64,000 nt of DNA. Source: Gemmatimonadota bacterium (lineage in GTDB: Bacteria > Gemmatimonadota > Gemmatimonadetes > Gemmatimonadales > Gemmatimonadaceae). Positions 9,755-19,491 of this stretch are shown in pieces. The stretch's first letter is position 1; every line of letters starts with the position of its first letter. The DNA lies in NCBI GenBank assembly GCA_040389905.1, contig JAZJZK010000014.1, forward strand, positions 64,001 to 128,000. Reading direction: 5' to 3'. The notes beneath the pieces are model-generated. The model made no database searches and was not told where the DNA came from. It saw nothing but the letters and a program-made list of their open reading frames with translations. The position numbers were made by a program, and so were the translations under genes.

Positions 9755-10876
9755 TCATCCCCCGATCGCGGTTTTTACAGCAGTATAGGACGCTTTTTTC
9801 CCAAAGCTGCCGTCAAAGAGTAACGCGCTTCCGTATCCCGGGAAGGTGGCATTCACCCAGGACTCCGTGTCCGTGATCCCCCAGACGACGATGGCTTCAC
9901 ACGCGGGGACCGCCATACATGCCCCCGTAATGTCGCTCCACGCCTTGGTCTGCGCAGCGAGTTCGGCCGCGCTCGCAGTCGTGCGGATTCGTACGTCCAG
10001 CTCCGTCAGGTGGATCTTCATGCCCAGGTTCGCGAAGCGCTGGAAGACGCTCGTCAGCGCCGCCTTGTCGGGGACCCCGCTGCCATCGGCGTTGATCTGG
10101 AAATGCGCCTGAAATCCGATCCCGTCGATGGGCACGCCGCGCGCCTTGAAGTCGGCAATGAGCGCTGCGGCAGAGTCCTGCTTCGCGCCATTGTACTCGA
10201 GGTTGTAGTCATTGTAGAAGAGCAGCGCGGCAGGATCCGCGGCGCGAGCGGCTCTGAACGCGGTCTCGATGTACCCCTTCCCGAGCGTGTTCGACCAGAC
10301 CGACGCCGCGATTGCACCGTTGCCCGTGAACGACTCGTTCACGACATCCCACGCGTAGATCGTTCCCCTGTAGTGCCCCACCACGGAGGTGATGTGGTCC
10401 TTGAGAATCTGCGCGAGTGTGTCGGCACCGAAGCCGCCGTTGATCAGCCACGACGGCATCTGGGAGTTGAGCCACACCAGTGTATGGCCGCGCATCTTCA
10501 TGCCGTTCGCCTGGGCAAAGGCGAGCATCGCGTCACCGCGCGCGTAGTTGAACGTGGCTCGTGCCGGGTGAATGGCATCCCATTTCTGGGCATTTCCGGC
10601 GACGAGCATGCTGAACTCCTTCGATAGCACGGCGTTGTACGTCGCCTGGCCGAAGAGCGCGTCTACCGAGGCACCGACGTAGCGACCCGTCTTCGCCGCC
10701 ACGATGCGGAGCGTGCTGTCCGGGTTGGGCGTCGTCGTCGTGATGCACTTCGTCTGCGTGGGGTCGTCAACACACGTTTTCGGGGTGCTGCCGGGTATCG
10801 TGACGTCTCCGCCGCCACAGGCGGCGAGTGAGGCCAGCAGGACCATCGAAAGCGCAACGCGGCGCGTAGCGCGCAT
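9755..10876 (-). CDS. GH10 endo-1,4-beta-xylanase lipoprotein
   Basis: LAAC lipobox; RGHTLVW, WDVVNE (acid/base), IHLTELD (nucleophile). Confidence 0.9.
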   Translation of the reverse strand: MRATRRVALSMVLLASLAACGGGDVTIPGSTPKTCVDDPTQTKCITTTTPNPDSTLRIVAAKTGRYVGASVDALFGQATYNAVLSKEFSMLVAGNAQKWDAIHPARATFNYARGDAMLAFAQANGMKMRGHTLVWLNSQMPSWLINGGFGADTLAQILKDHITSVVGHYRGTIYAWDVVNESFTGNGAIAASVWSNTLGKGYIETAFRAARAADPAALLFYNDYNLEYNGAKQDSAAALIADFKARGVPIDGIGFQAHFQINADGSGVPDKAALTSVFQRFANLGMKIHLTELDVRIRTTASAAELAAQTKAWSDITGACMAVPACEAIVVWGITDTESWVNATFPGYGSALLFDGSFGKKASYTAVKTAIGG

Positions 10877-10952
10877 GACGAACTCCAGAGCTCAGGGAGG
10901 GTGTCCGGACGATTATGTATCTCTAAATAACAAAATGCGCAAGTTGGCATCG

Positions 10953-10979
10953 GGAAACTGCGTTCGGTTCGCGGACGTA
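10953..10979 (+). promoter_or_regulatory. Putative ECF sigma factor promoter
   Basis: GGAAAC-N17-CGTA, about 40 nt upstream of the ATG at 11019. Confidence 0.45.
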
Positions 10980-11018
10980 CGCTCCAATAGCACACACACT
11001 GGTACACGGGCGAAACGA

Positions 11019-11288
11019 ATGAACGACGTCGTGGAGTTTGCTGGAGTCGCAACGGTGATCATTGGGCTTGTCGGGTCGCTCTGCTTTATTGGGGTTGTGA
11101 CATTCAGGATGCTCACCAAACCGCGGGCGAAGCCCGCCGCGTTGGCGCGTGCTGAGGACGAGCGCTTTGAACGGCTCCAGCAGTCGGTTGACGCGATCGC
11201 AATCGAAGTCGAGAGAATTGCCGAGGCGCAACGCTTCAGTGCAAAGCTGATGAGCGAGCGGGCCGAACACGGATCGCTGCCGCACTAG
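11019..11288 (+). CDS. Small single-TM coiled-coil hypothetical protein
   Basis: 89 aa; one TM helix then RFERLQQSVDAIAIEVERIAEAQRFSAKL, a motif I recall from small Gemmatimonadota proteins. Confidence 0.75.
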   Translation: MNDVVEFAGVATVIIGLVGSLCFIGVVTFRMLTKPRAKPAALARAEDERFERLQQSVDAIAIEVERIAEAQRFSAKLMSERAEHGSLPH

Positions 11289-11337
11289 CCAACAGCGGGG
11301 ACACGTTCGCCCAGCGGACTTGTGAGCGCCCGACTCA

Positions 11338-11408
11338 ATGTGACAGATGCCCAGTGGTCAGCCGCAGCCTTCAGAGCAACAGGGGGTGAGGCATTCCAGG
11401 TGCATCGC
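11338..11408. repeat. Family 1 palindromic element, partial copy (left arm and core)
   Basis: AATGTGACAGATGCCCAGTGGTCAGCCGCAGCCTTCAGAGCAACAGGGGGTGAGGC matches the left arm of 14682-14823. Confidence 0.75.
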
Positions 11409-11460
11409 GAAGTAATTCAGGCGCCTCACCATCTGCTCCCTCTCGCGGTAGCTTTTCGCG

Positions 11461-12210
11461 ATGCCCGCCTCCATGAAATGTCCAGGCTGCGGCGCGCCTG
11501 CCTCCGCTGACGCGGTGCGCTGCGAGTATTGCTCTGCGGCGCTCTCGACTGTTACCTGCCCTTCCTGTTTTGGGCCGATGTTCAAGGGCAGCCGTTTCTG
11601 TGCGCAGTGCGGGGCGAACGCCACGCGGGAAACGCGCTCCGACGGCCCTGCCCCGCCGTGCCCGCGCTGCAAGGAACCGATGCAGGCGCTGCGTCTCGGT
11701 GACACTGACACGATGGAATGCGCCGAGTGCGGAGGACTCTGGCTCGATCCCCCGTCGCTTCAGAAGCTCTGCAGTCAACGCGAACATCACTCGAGCGTCG
11801 TGAGCGCGCTGGCCGCGCATGTGCCGAGGGCCACCGTGGGAACAGAATCGGTGCGCTATATCCCGTGCCCGCGCTGCAAGAAATTGATGAATCGGACGAA
11901 TTTCGCACGCTCGTCGGGAGTCATCCTCGACGTCTGCAAGACGGACGGGGTGTGGCTCGACCGGGGCGAACTGCAGCGTGTCCTCGGCTTCGTGGAGGCG
12001 GGAGGACTCGCGAAACAGCGGAGCCGCGAAATCGAGGAGCTTGCGAACGAACAGCGCCGGCTTGCCGCAATGCAGCGGGGTGAAGGCGAGCGAAAGTACG
12101 ACTCGATCGACGTTGGGTTCACCAGGCGAGGCAAGCATGGCTCGTCGGCAAGTTCCACGGCGCTCGAGAGCGTGCTTCTCGATATCGCGGGGCTATTCAA
12201 CAGCATCTGA
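11461..12210 (+). CDS. Multi zinc-ribbon protein (double zinc ribbon + two zf-TFIIB-like domains)
   Basis: Seven CxxC pairs plus CKTD; CGGLWLD and GVWLDRGEL motifs. Confidence 0.85.
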   Translation: MPASMKCPGCGAPASADAVRCEYCSAALSTVTCPSCFGPMFKGSRFCAQCGANATRETRSDGPAPPCPRCKEPMQALRLGDTDTMECAECGGLWLDPPSLQKLCSQREHHSSVVSALAAHVPRATVGTESVRYIPCPRCKKLMNRTNFARSSGVILDVCKTDGVWLDRGELQRVLGFVEAGGLAKQRSREIEELANEQRRLAAMQRGEGERKYDSIDVGFTRRGKHGSSASSTALESVLLDIAGLFNSI

Positions 12211-12340
12211 GTACTGCGAGTGCTTGAACGTTTCGATGTGCGGGAATCAGCGTTGTCAGGTGCTGTCCGGCGCACCCTTCTCCGATAGCGCAGCGGTCCG
12301 GCCTATCTAGCTCGCGCCCCGAAGGTAGTTTTTCCCGCCA

Positions 12341-13672
12341 ATGCCGCAACTGAATCGCTCGATCGGCCTCACCCGCGCGACCGCCATGGTCGTGGGCATC
12401 ATCATTGGTGCCTCGATCTTCGTACAGCCCTCGGCGGTGACGGCACAGGTGCGTTCCGTCTCCGGAGCGCTCCTCGTCTGGGTCGCGGCCGGCGTGCTGA
12501 CCCTCATCGGCTCGCTCATCATCGCCGAACTCTCCTCCGCGTTCCCGCGAACCGGAGGGGTGTATGTCTTTCTTTCGGAAACGTTCTCACCGGCCGTTGG
12601 CTTCCTCTGGGGCTGGGCGATGTTCTGGACGATGCACAGCGGCATCATCGCCGTCATTGCCATGGTGTTCGCGCGATACCTCGGCACGTTCGTCACGCTC
12701 GGCGACGGTGGGCAACGGCTCGTTGCCATTTGTGGCATCGTCACACTGTCTGCGGTGAACTACCTCGGTGTGCGCCACGGCAGCGCCGTGCAGGTGGCGC
12801 TGACATCGATCAAGGTGATCGCGCTCGCGGTCATCGTCGTCGTTGCAGGCGTCCTCGCCCTCACCGGCTCCGCGGGCAACTTTCAGGCGGCGGCCGCGGT
12901 TGCAGAACCGATCTCTGCGCGCGCCTTCATCCTGGCTCTCATCGCCGGCCTCTTCTCCTTCGGGGGTTGGCACATGGTCTCCTATGCCGCGGAGGAGACC
13001 ATCAATCCGTCAGTCACCATCCCGAGGTCACTCGTCATCGGTACGTTGACCGTCACGGCGCTCTATGTCGGGGTGAACGCGGCATATCTCTTCGTGCTGC
13101 CCCTCTCCGTCATCACGACATCGACGCATGTTGCCGCCGACTACGCCGACCTCGTGCTGGGCGGATCGGGGGCGCAGATCATGGCGACGGTGGTCGTGCT
13201 GTCGACGCTGGGCGCGATGAACGGCGTCATTCTCGCCGGACCGCGCGTCTATCTCGCGATGGCGAGCGACGGCCTGCTCTTCAAGTGGGCGGGCGACGTG
13301 CACCCCATCTACCGGACGCCGCACCGTGCGATCGTCCTGCAGGCAGTGTGGTCGTCGGTGCTCGTGCTGACCGGGACCTACAAGGCGCTGTTCACCCGCG
13401 TCGTCTACACCGAGTGGATCTTCTTCGCGCTGCTCGGTGTGGCAACGATGGTGCTCCGGCGCCGCGCGACGTACGCGCCGCCGTACCGTATCTGGGGCTA
13501 TCCCGTTCTGCCTGCGCTTTTCGTCGTCGCCTCGGCGATCATCGTGGCGAATCAGATTTACAACGAGCCGGTCGACAGCGCCGTCGGAGTTGGGCTCGTC
13601 ATTGCCGGACTTCCCGTCTATTACTTCTGGTCACGCAAGACTCAATCGCCCGCTCGGAGTGTTCCCACGTGA
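12341..13672 (+). CDS. APC family amino acid permease
   Basis: GIIIGASIF, AELSSAFPRTGG, about 12 TM helices. Confidence 0.92.
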   Translation: MPQLNRSIGLTRATAMVVGIIIGASIFVQPSAVTAQVRSVSGALLVWVAAGVLTLIGSLIIAELSSAFPRTGGVYVFLSETFSPAVGFLWGWAMFWTMHSGIIAVIAMVFARYLGTFVTLGDGGQRLVAICGIVTLSAVNYLGVRHGSAVQVALTSIKVIALAVIVVVAGVLALTGSAGNFQAAAAVAEPISARAFILALIAGLFSFGGWHMVSYAAEETINPSVTIPRSLVIGTLTVTALYVGVNAAYLFVLPLSVITTSTHVAADYADLVLGGSGAQIMATVVVLSTLGAMNGVILAGPRVYLAMASDGLLFKWAGDVHPIYRTPHRAIVLQAVWSSVLVLTGTYKALFTRVVYTEWIFFALLGVATMVLRRRATYAPPYRIWGYPVLPALFVVASAIIVANQIYNEPVDSAVGVGLVIAGLPVYYFWSRKTQSPARSVPT

Positions 13673-14646
13673 GAATCATCGACGTCCACAATCATTTCTA
13701 CCCACCCGCGTACATCGACGCCCTGCGTTCCGACACGAGCATCGTGACGGTCAAGATGGACGACGAGGGCAACCCGGAGATTCACTATCCCGGCGACTAC
13801 AACGTTGCCGTTCCGGGACACCGGGACATCGAGTATCGGCACCGCGTGCTCGAGCAGGCGGGGGTCGATACGCAGATCATCACGCTCACGACGCCCGGCA
13901 CGCACGTGGAATCGCCGGAGGTTGCGGTGCGTTTTGCGCGGCTGGTGAACGACGCCTTTGCGCAGGTTGTCGCCGAGCGTGGCCCTCGTTTCGCTGCACT
14001 CGCGACGCTTCCGCTGAATGACCCCGCGGCATCCGTCATCGAATTCCGTCGCGCGATGACGTCCGGTTTTCCGGGCGCCATGCTGTTCTCGAACGTGAAC
14101 GGCGTGTCGCTCGCAGACAAACGGTATGAGCCGCTCTACGAGGCCGCGAACGATGCGCATGCCGTGCTGCATATCCACCCCACGAATCCGATCAACGTGG
14201 ATGCGATGCAGGAATACTGGCTCATGCCACTGGTGGGCTTCCTCTTCGACACGACGATCGCCGCGTCGCACCTGGTCTTCAGCGGCGTTGCCGAGCGGTA
14301 CCCGAACATCAAGTGGGTGTTGAGCCACCTGGGGGGCGCCATTCCGTATCTCGCCGAGCGACTCGATCGGGGGTTCTACGCGTTCAAGGAGTGCCGAGCG
14401 CACATCTCGCGGCCGCCCTCGGAGTATCTCAAGCAGTGGAACTACGACACGGTGAACTTCGACGTGGATGCTTTGGAGTTGGCGATCAAGTTTGCGGGTG
14501 CGGATCACATACTCGCGGGTAGTGACTACCCGCACGCGATCGGCAGTATTCCGGCGATGAAAAAGGCGTTACTCGCGCTCGACGTATCCGATGGCGACCG
14601 AGAGAAGATTCTTGGAGGCAACGCGGCGCGACTGTACCGGCTCTAG
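13669..14646 (+). CDS. Amidohydrolase_2 family protein (ACMSD/decarboxylase-like)
   Basis: GTG start overlapping the permease stop (GTGA); IDVHNH, HIHP, SHLGG, GSDYPH motifs. Confidence 0.88.
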   Translation: MRIIDVHNHFYPPAYIDALRSDTSIVTVKMDDEGNPEIHYPGDYNVAVPGHRDIEYRHRVLEQAGVDTQIITLTTPGTHVESPEVAVRFARLVNDAFAQVVAERGPRFAALATLPLNDPAASVIEFRRAMTSGFPGAMLFSNVNGVSLADKRYEPLYEAANDAHAVLHIHPTNPINVDAMQEYWLMPLVGFLFDTTIAASHLVFSGVAERYPNIKWVLSHLGGAIPYLAERLDRGFYAFKECRAHISRPPSEYLKQWNYDTVNFDVDALELAIKFAGADHILAGSDYPHAIGSIPAMKKALLALDVSDGDREKILGGNAARLYRL

Positions 14647-14681
14647 TGCGTGTGCGCGCGGCGGGCCGGTGTTCACTGGTC

Positions 14682-14823
14682 TCAGATGTGACAGGTGCTC
14701 AGTGATCAGCCGCAGCTTACAGAGCAACAGGGGGTGTGGCGCTCAGGTGCGATGCACCGGGAATGCCACACCCCCTGTCACTCTGTTCGCTGCGGCTGAA
14801 AGCTGAGCACCTGTCACATCTGA
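14682..14823. repeat. Family 1 palindromic element, most intact copy
   Basis: Perfect 21-bp terminal inverted repeat TCAGATGTGACAGGTGCTCAG / CTGAGCACCTGTCACATCTGA with nested inner stems; lies between convergent genes. Confidence 0.9.
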
Positions 14824-14858
14824 TTTCAGCGCGTACTGAGCCAGAACACCATCGCCGT

Positions 14859-16316
14859 TCAGGGTACGTCCGCCATCTCCTGCTTCTTCGCGAAGTCGTA
14901 TAGCGTCACGCGCCGCAAGTGGTAGTAGGCGGTCCAGTAGTTCCGCAACGCCTGGACGTTTGCGAGTACCGCCGCGTCCTTCTCGCTTTGCGCCAGGTAC
15001 AGCGCATCGTTCGTGATCTTGCCGATGATGTAGCGATTGCGCGCGACTTCGAACTGCTTGCCGGCCACCGTGTCGGCCTTGGCCGAGATGAGGACGTTCC
15101 GCTGCGCCTGCTGCAGGGCAAGAGCGGAGAAACGCGCGTCCTCCTCGAGCGTCTCGCGGCGAATTCGATTGCTTGCGGCGACTCGGCTCTCGTTGGCTTT
15201 CGCGGCCTCGACGTCGGCGCGGCCTGCGCCCCACTGGAGCATCGGAAGGTTCACCCCCACCGTGAGCGTCTGCTTGCCGAGCGGGCTCTGATAGGCGTCG
15301 TTGAAGCCCGCACCCGTCTGGTTGAATCCCGCGCTCGCCTGAATCGACGCGTTGAAACGGTTGTTCGCCTTTGCGTACGCGATGCCACGCTTGACCTGGA
15401 CGTCGTCGAGCTCATTCTGCTGCGTGCTGCTCGAGTTGCGCAGTGCGTGCACGACCGCGGTGTCCGGATGCGCATCGATGATCGGAATCGAGTCCGGGGT
15501 CACGATGGTGAACTGCTGGCCATCGGGATACGCGATGATGCGGCGCAGCGCCGCCTCGGCACGATCGCGCGCAAGCCGCGCGTCGTCCACGGCCGCGCGT
15601 GCCCGGAGAAGGGCGAGCTCGCTCTTGAGCAAGTCGTTCTCTCCGATCTTGCCAACCTCGAAGCGCCCCTTGTTCAGCGTATACAGCGTGTCGTTCACGG
15701 CGACATTGGCCGAGGCATTCTTCAATTGCATCTGCTGCGCGAACAGATTGAAGAACGCATCCGCCGTGTTGCCCGCGACGTCTTCGCGCGCTTCGAGATA
15801 ACCGCGCTCGGCGACACGAGCGCTGAGTGATTGGAGCCGTTCGCGCCAGACGATTTCGCGCGGTTTGAACAGGTCCTGTGACAAGCTGACGATTACCGGC
15901 GTCGTCGAGTAGAGTCGCTTGGTGACCGGATCGAACTGGTCGTAGCGCGCCACCTGTGACCCGACGGAAATCGTTCCACCCGTCAGCGGCATCTGCTGGC
16001 TGAATCCCATCGTCAATGACGACGTATTCTGCGCCTGGCCGACGTAGGTCGTGGTGCCGTCACCGGTGACGACAGGGTTGATGCCGTGATTCAGGTTCGC
16101 CGCATTGCCCTGAAGAAAGAGCTGTGGACGCAAGCGCGCGTTGAAGGCCTCGTCTCCGTAGCGTGCGGCATCGCGTGCGCTGCGCGCAACCTGCGCGGAC
16201 GGTCCCTGCTGCTGCGCCATTTGAATGGCGTCCTGGAGCGTGAGTGTCCGCGGCGCGGCCTGTCCGGAGACGACGACGGGAACGGCGAACGCGATGAAAA
16301 GAGCTGAGAGCTTCAT
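14859..16316 (-). CDS. TolC family outer-membrane efflux protein
   Basis: Signal peptide, TLTLQDAIQMA start, two OEP-like halves; last gene of the adaptor/permease operon. Confidence 0.88.
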   Translation of the reverse strand: MKLSALFIAFAVPVVVSGQAAPRTLTLQDAIQMAQQQGPSAQVARSARDAARYGDEAFNARLRPQLFLQGNAANLNHGINPVVTGDGTTTYVGQAQNTSSLTMGFSQQMPLTGGTISVGSQVARYDQFDPVTKRLYSTTPVIVSLSQDLFKPREIVWRERLQSLSARVAERGYLEAREDVAGNTADAFFNLFAQQMQLKNASANVAVNDTLYTLNKGRFEVGKIGENDLLKSELALLRARAAVDDARLARDRAEAALRRIIAYPDGQQFTIVTPDSIPIIDAHPDTAVVHALRNSSSTQQNELDDVQVKRGIAYAKANNRFNASIQASAGFNQTGAGFNDAYQSPLGKQTLTVGVNLPMLQWGAGRADVEAAKANESRVAASNRIRRETLEEDARFSALALQQAQRNVLISAKADTVAGKQFEVARNRYIIGKITNDALYLAQSEKDAAVLANVQALRNYWTAYYHLRRVTLYDFAKKQEMADVP

Positions 16317-16382
16317 GGAGACCCTTCGTGGGAATCACCGTTCGGCGGTGACCGACGGATAGCTGATGGCGGATGGCTGCTC

Positions 16383-17783
16383 TTACTCGTAGCGCAGACA
16401 GACAATTGGGTCCTGCTTCGCGGCCTTCGACGCCGGCACGATCCCGAACACGAGACCAACTGCCACCGATACGCCGAATGCGACGATCACGGAGCTCGCC
16501 GATACAATCGTATGGATGTGCGCGAGTCGCTCGATGGCGGTGGCGAACAACCCACCGAGCATGATGCCGGCAAGCCCACCGGCAAGGCTGATCATCACGG
16601 CTTCGCTGAGGAACTGCGCCAACACGTCCTTCTGCGTCGCGCCCATGGCACGCCGCACACCGATTTCCTTGATGCGTTCCAGGATCGACGCGAGCATGAT
16701 GTTCATGATGCCGATACCGCCAACGATGAGCGAAATCGACGCAATCGACCCGAGCACGACGTTGAAGATCGCCTTCGTATTCTGCTCCTGCTTGAGGAGC
16801 AGTTCGGGAACGACGATCTCGAAATCCGTCACGTCGTTGTGCCGGCGTTGGAGCATGCGGCGCACAACTTCCGCAACGGCGCTGACGTCCGTGGAGTTCG
16901 TGACCTGCACGATCACCTTGTCGAGCTGGTGATAGTTGCGCTTCTCGGCGCGCTGGTCCTCGGTCTGCGTCGAGTCGTTCGAGCCGTCCTGCCGCGCCGC
17001 CAGCTCCATCTCGCTCTGCGTGATCTCGCCGCGATTGCGGAATCGCAACAGCATGGTCGACAGCGGGACATAGACGTCCATGCTCGCGTCACGAATGCCG
17101 AGCCGCTTCGCGTTCTCCGAGGAGACTTTGCGATCTTCGAGGACGCCGACGACCGTGAGCCATTGATTGCCCACCTTCACGGCGCGCCCGATCGGACTTT
17201 CCGTCGTGAAGAAGCGCGACTTCACGCCTTGGCCGATGATCGCCACCGGCATCGATCCTGAGAAGTGTCCAGAGGCGAACAGTGCGCCTTCGCCGAGGTG
17301 CAAGTTCATCACGTCGAAGTAGCTCGAGTCGACGCCGACCAGCTTCCCCGAGCGGTGATGCCCCTCGCGCGTGATGATGCTGTTGACGACGACCTCGCTG
17401 CTTGTTGCGCGCACGGAGGGCAGCGTGGCCGCAATCGCCTGTGCATCGAGCCAGGTAAGGCCCGGCGTGAAGCGCTTCGACTCCTTCTTCTCTTCCTTGT
17501 CGACCTTCCCTTCCTTCTGCTCGACGATCGGCGTGATGACGATGTTGTTCGCGCCGAGCAGCTTCATCTGCGCGAGAATCTCCTGCTCGGCGCCGTTGCC
17601 GATGGCGAGCATGGCGATGACCGACGCCACGCCGAACAGAATGCCGAGTGAGGTAAGGCTCGCACGCAGTTTGTTGTGCACCACGGCCTCTGCCGCGATG
17701 CCACTGCTGAATACGATGTGCGCAACCAGCTCTCGGGCGCGTGAGACCTTCGACGCGCCCGGCTCCATGGGAACTGCGGTCAC
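16383..17783 (-). CDS. MacB-type (FtsX-like) ABC permease
   Basis: NKLRASLTSLGILFGVASVIAM; GGIGIMNIMLASILERIKEIGVRRAMGA. Confidence 0.92.
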   Translation of the reverse strand: MTAVPMEPGASKVSRARELVAHIVFSSGIAAEAVVHNKLRASLTSLGILFGVASVIAMLAIGNGAEQEILAQMKLLGANNIVITPIVEQKEGKVDKEEKKESKRFTPGLTWLDAQAIAATLPSVRATSSEVVVNSIITREGHHRSGKLVGVDSSYFDVMNLHLGEGALFASGHFSGSMPVAIIGQGVKSRFFTTESPIGRAVKVGNQWLTVVGVLEDRKVSSENAKRLGIRDASMDVYVPLSTMLLRFRNRGEITQSEMELAARQDGSNDSTQTEDQRAEKRNYHQLDKVIVQVTNSTDVSAVAEVVRRMLQRRHNDVTDFEIVVPELLLKQEQNTKAIFNVVLGSIASISLIVGGIGIMNIMLASILERIKEIGVRRAMGATQKDVLAQFLSEAVMISLAGGLAGIMLGGLFATAIERLAHIHTIVSASSVIVAFGVSVAVGLVFGIVPASKAAKQDPIVCLRYE

Positions 17784-17786
17784 GGG

Positions 17787-19184
17787 TCAGCCTTTGGGTT
17801 TCGCGGGAGCGGGCAGTGCCATCGGCTTCATGCCGGCCGGCGGCGCAGTGGGCGCATTAGCACCAGGCAACTTGACGTTCTTCGCCGTATCACCGCCCAC
17901 AACTGGCGCGGTCAGCGGCTGAAGACCGGGAATCGTTTCGACCTTGATGCCCTCCTTGTCGCTCGGCGGCGTGAGGTACACCTGATCGGTCTGGCTCAGC
18001 CCGCGCTTGACGACAATCTCATTGTCGTTCATGGCGCCGGTTTCGATCATCTGCTTCACGATGCGACTGCCGGACTTCTTGTACGCGTACTGAAAGCCCG
18101 CCTCGGTGATGACCGCTTCCAATGGAATCGAGAGCACATTGGGAATGGACGCCGTTTCGATGCCGTTCGCGGTCGTCATTCCAGGACGCAAAGTCGTATC
18201 GGCGCGCGCGACTTCGATCTTCACCTCGAAGACCTTGGAATCCTGGTTGGGCTTCTGCTCTCCCACGTTCGCAATTTGCGTGACCGTCCCTTCGAGCTTC
18301 TTGGACGGATCCGAGTCGAGCGAAATGGAGACCTTTTGGCCGACGCTGATCTTCCTGACGTCGACTTCATTGATGTACGTCTGCGACTCCATCTGCGTGA
18401 GGTCGGGCAGGGTGGCCACGATGTTCTCCCAGGCGCTCCACTGCGAGCCGACACCCTTCTTCTTGCCGTTCCATTCGCGCACGTAGATCACCATGCCTGC
18501 TGCGGGCGCCTTGATCGTAAAAAGACCGAGTACCTCCTGGATGTTCTTCAGGTTGTTCTGCTGGCGGCCAAGATCGGCCCCCACGGAGGACATCTTGGCC
18601 TCGGCCTGCTTGGTCTTGGTGGCGAGGTTGCGCTTGGACTGTTCCCACGCGCGCTGCGCCTTCTCGTAGTCGATCTCCGCCTGACGACGAATGGTCGGCG
18701 CCTCGTAGGCGGCCTGCTCCTTCGCGAGCTTCTTCTCTTCGAGGACATACTCCGCGGTTCGGACATCTTCGCGCGAATTGGCGAGGTTGAGCGCGGAGTC
18801 GAGCTGCGCCGTGGTGAACTCCGCTTGCGCCTTCTGGAGGCTGAGCGTGACGTCAGCCATGCGCGTCGCTGCCGGCGCGCGATCGAGTTCCGCGATGACG
18901 TCGCCTTCCTTCACGAGCGATCCTTCAGGGACGATGGACGCGATCTTCGTCTGGTAGACGTTGACTGATTGCGCCTGCGCTGGCCCGGTGACCTGGACAA
19001 ACTTGCGCGCGCGCAGTTCGCCCGTCGTCGTGACAACCACCTTGAAGTCGCCGTGCTTCACGGGCGCGAGGAGAATGGCTTCGGCCGCGTTGGCTGTGGC
19101 GGGCCACTTGTACCAGGCAATCGGTCCGCCGATGACGAGGAGGGCGAGGACGATCGGGAGCCAGCGTTTACGAAGGTGTGCCAT
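17787..19184 (-). CDS. Periplasmic adaptor (MacA/HlyD-like membrane fusion protein)
   Basis: N-terminal TM anchor, long coiled coil, IKAPAAG, LRPGMT, VLSIPLEAV. Confidence 0.9.
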   Translation of the reverse strand: MAHLRKRWLPIVLALLVIGGPIAWYKWPATANAAEAILLAPVKHGDFKVVVTTTGELRARKFVQVTGPAQAQSVNVYQTKIASIVPEGSLVKEGDVIAELDRAPAATRMADVTLSLQKAQAEFTTAQLDSALNLANSREDVRTAEYVLEEKKLAKEQAAYEAPTIRRQAEIDYEKAQRAWEQSKRNLATKTKQAEAKMSSVGADLGRQQNNLKNIQEVLGLFTIKAPAAGMVIYVREWNGKKKGVGSQWSAWENIVATLPDLTQMESQTYINEVDVRKISVGQKVSISLDSDPSKKLEGTVTQIANVGEQKPNQDSKVFEVKIEVARADTTLRPGMTTANGIETASIPNVLSIPLEAVITEAGFQYAYKKSGSRIVKQMIETGAMNDNEIVVKRGLSQTDQVYLTPPSDKEGIKVETIPGLQPLTAPVVGGDTAKNVKLPGANAPTAPPAGMKPMALPAPAKPKG

Positions 19185-19435
19185 TGCAGTTTTCTCGCGC
19201 AGGTAGGATACGGGAGCGGTGGGGCACCAGAAGTCGCATCACCATAGTAGATGATGTATACAAACTTCAATCCGGACTTCATTAGGAGATGATGAAGCGC
19301 GGATGACGATCGGCTGACGCCACCCGTCAGCGCTTGGACACAACCGACTCTGAAAGGGTTGGATGTCGCGAAGGCGCTGCTCGTTTACGCATTACGGTCG
19401 AGCCCGGCGATAGTTCCATTGCGCGACGCGTAAAC

Positions 19436-19475
19436 AAAAAGCGCCCGACCGGAATCTCCGGTCGGACGCTTTTTT
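19436..19475. terminator. Intrinsic terminator, potentially bidirectional
   Basis: AAAAAGCGCCCGACCGGA-ATC-TCCGGTCGGACGCTTTTT just downstream of the gene ending at 19492. Confidence 0.85.
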
Positions 19476-19491
19476 CGTGACTGACGCGAGG

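Noticed and set aside
12730..13668. Apparent 638-aa amidohydrolase fusion
   Set aside because: The extension is an alternative frame of the permease; the real start is GTG at 13669.
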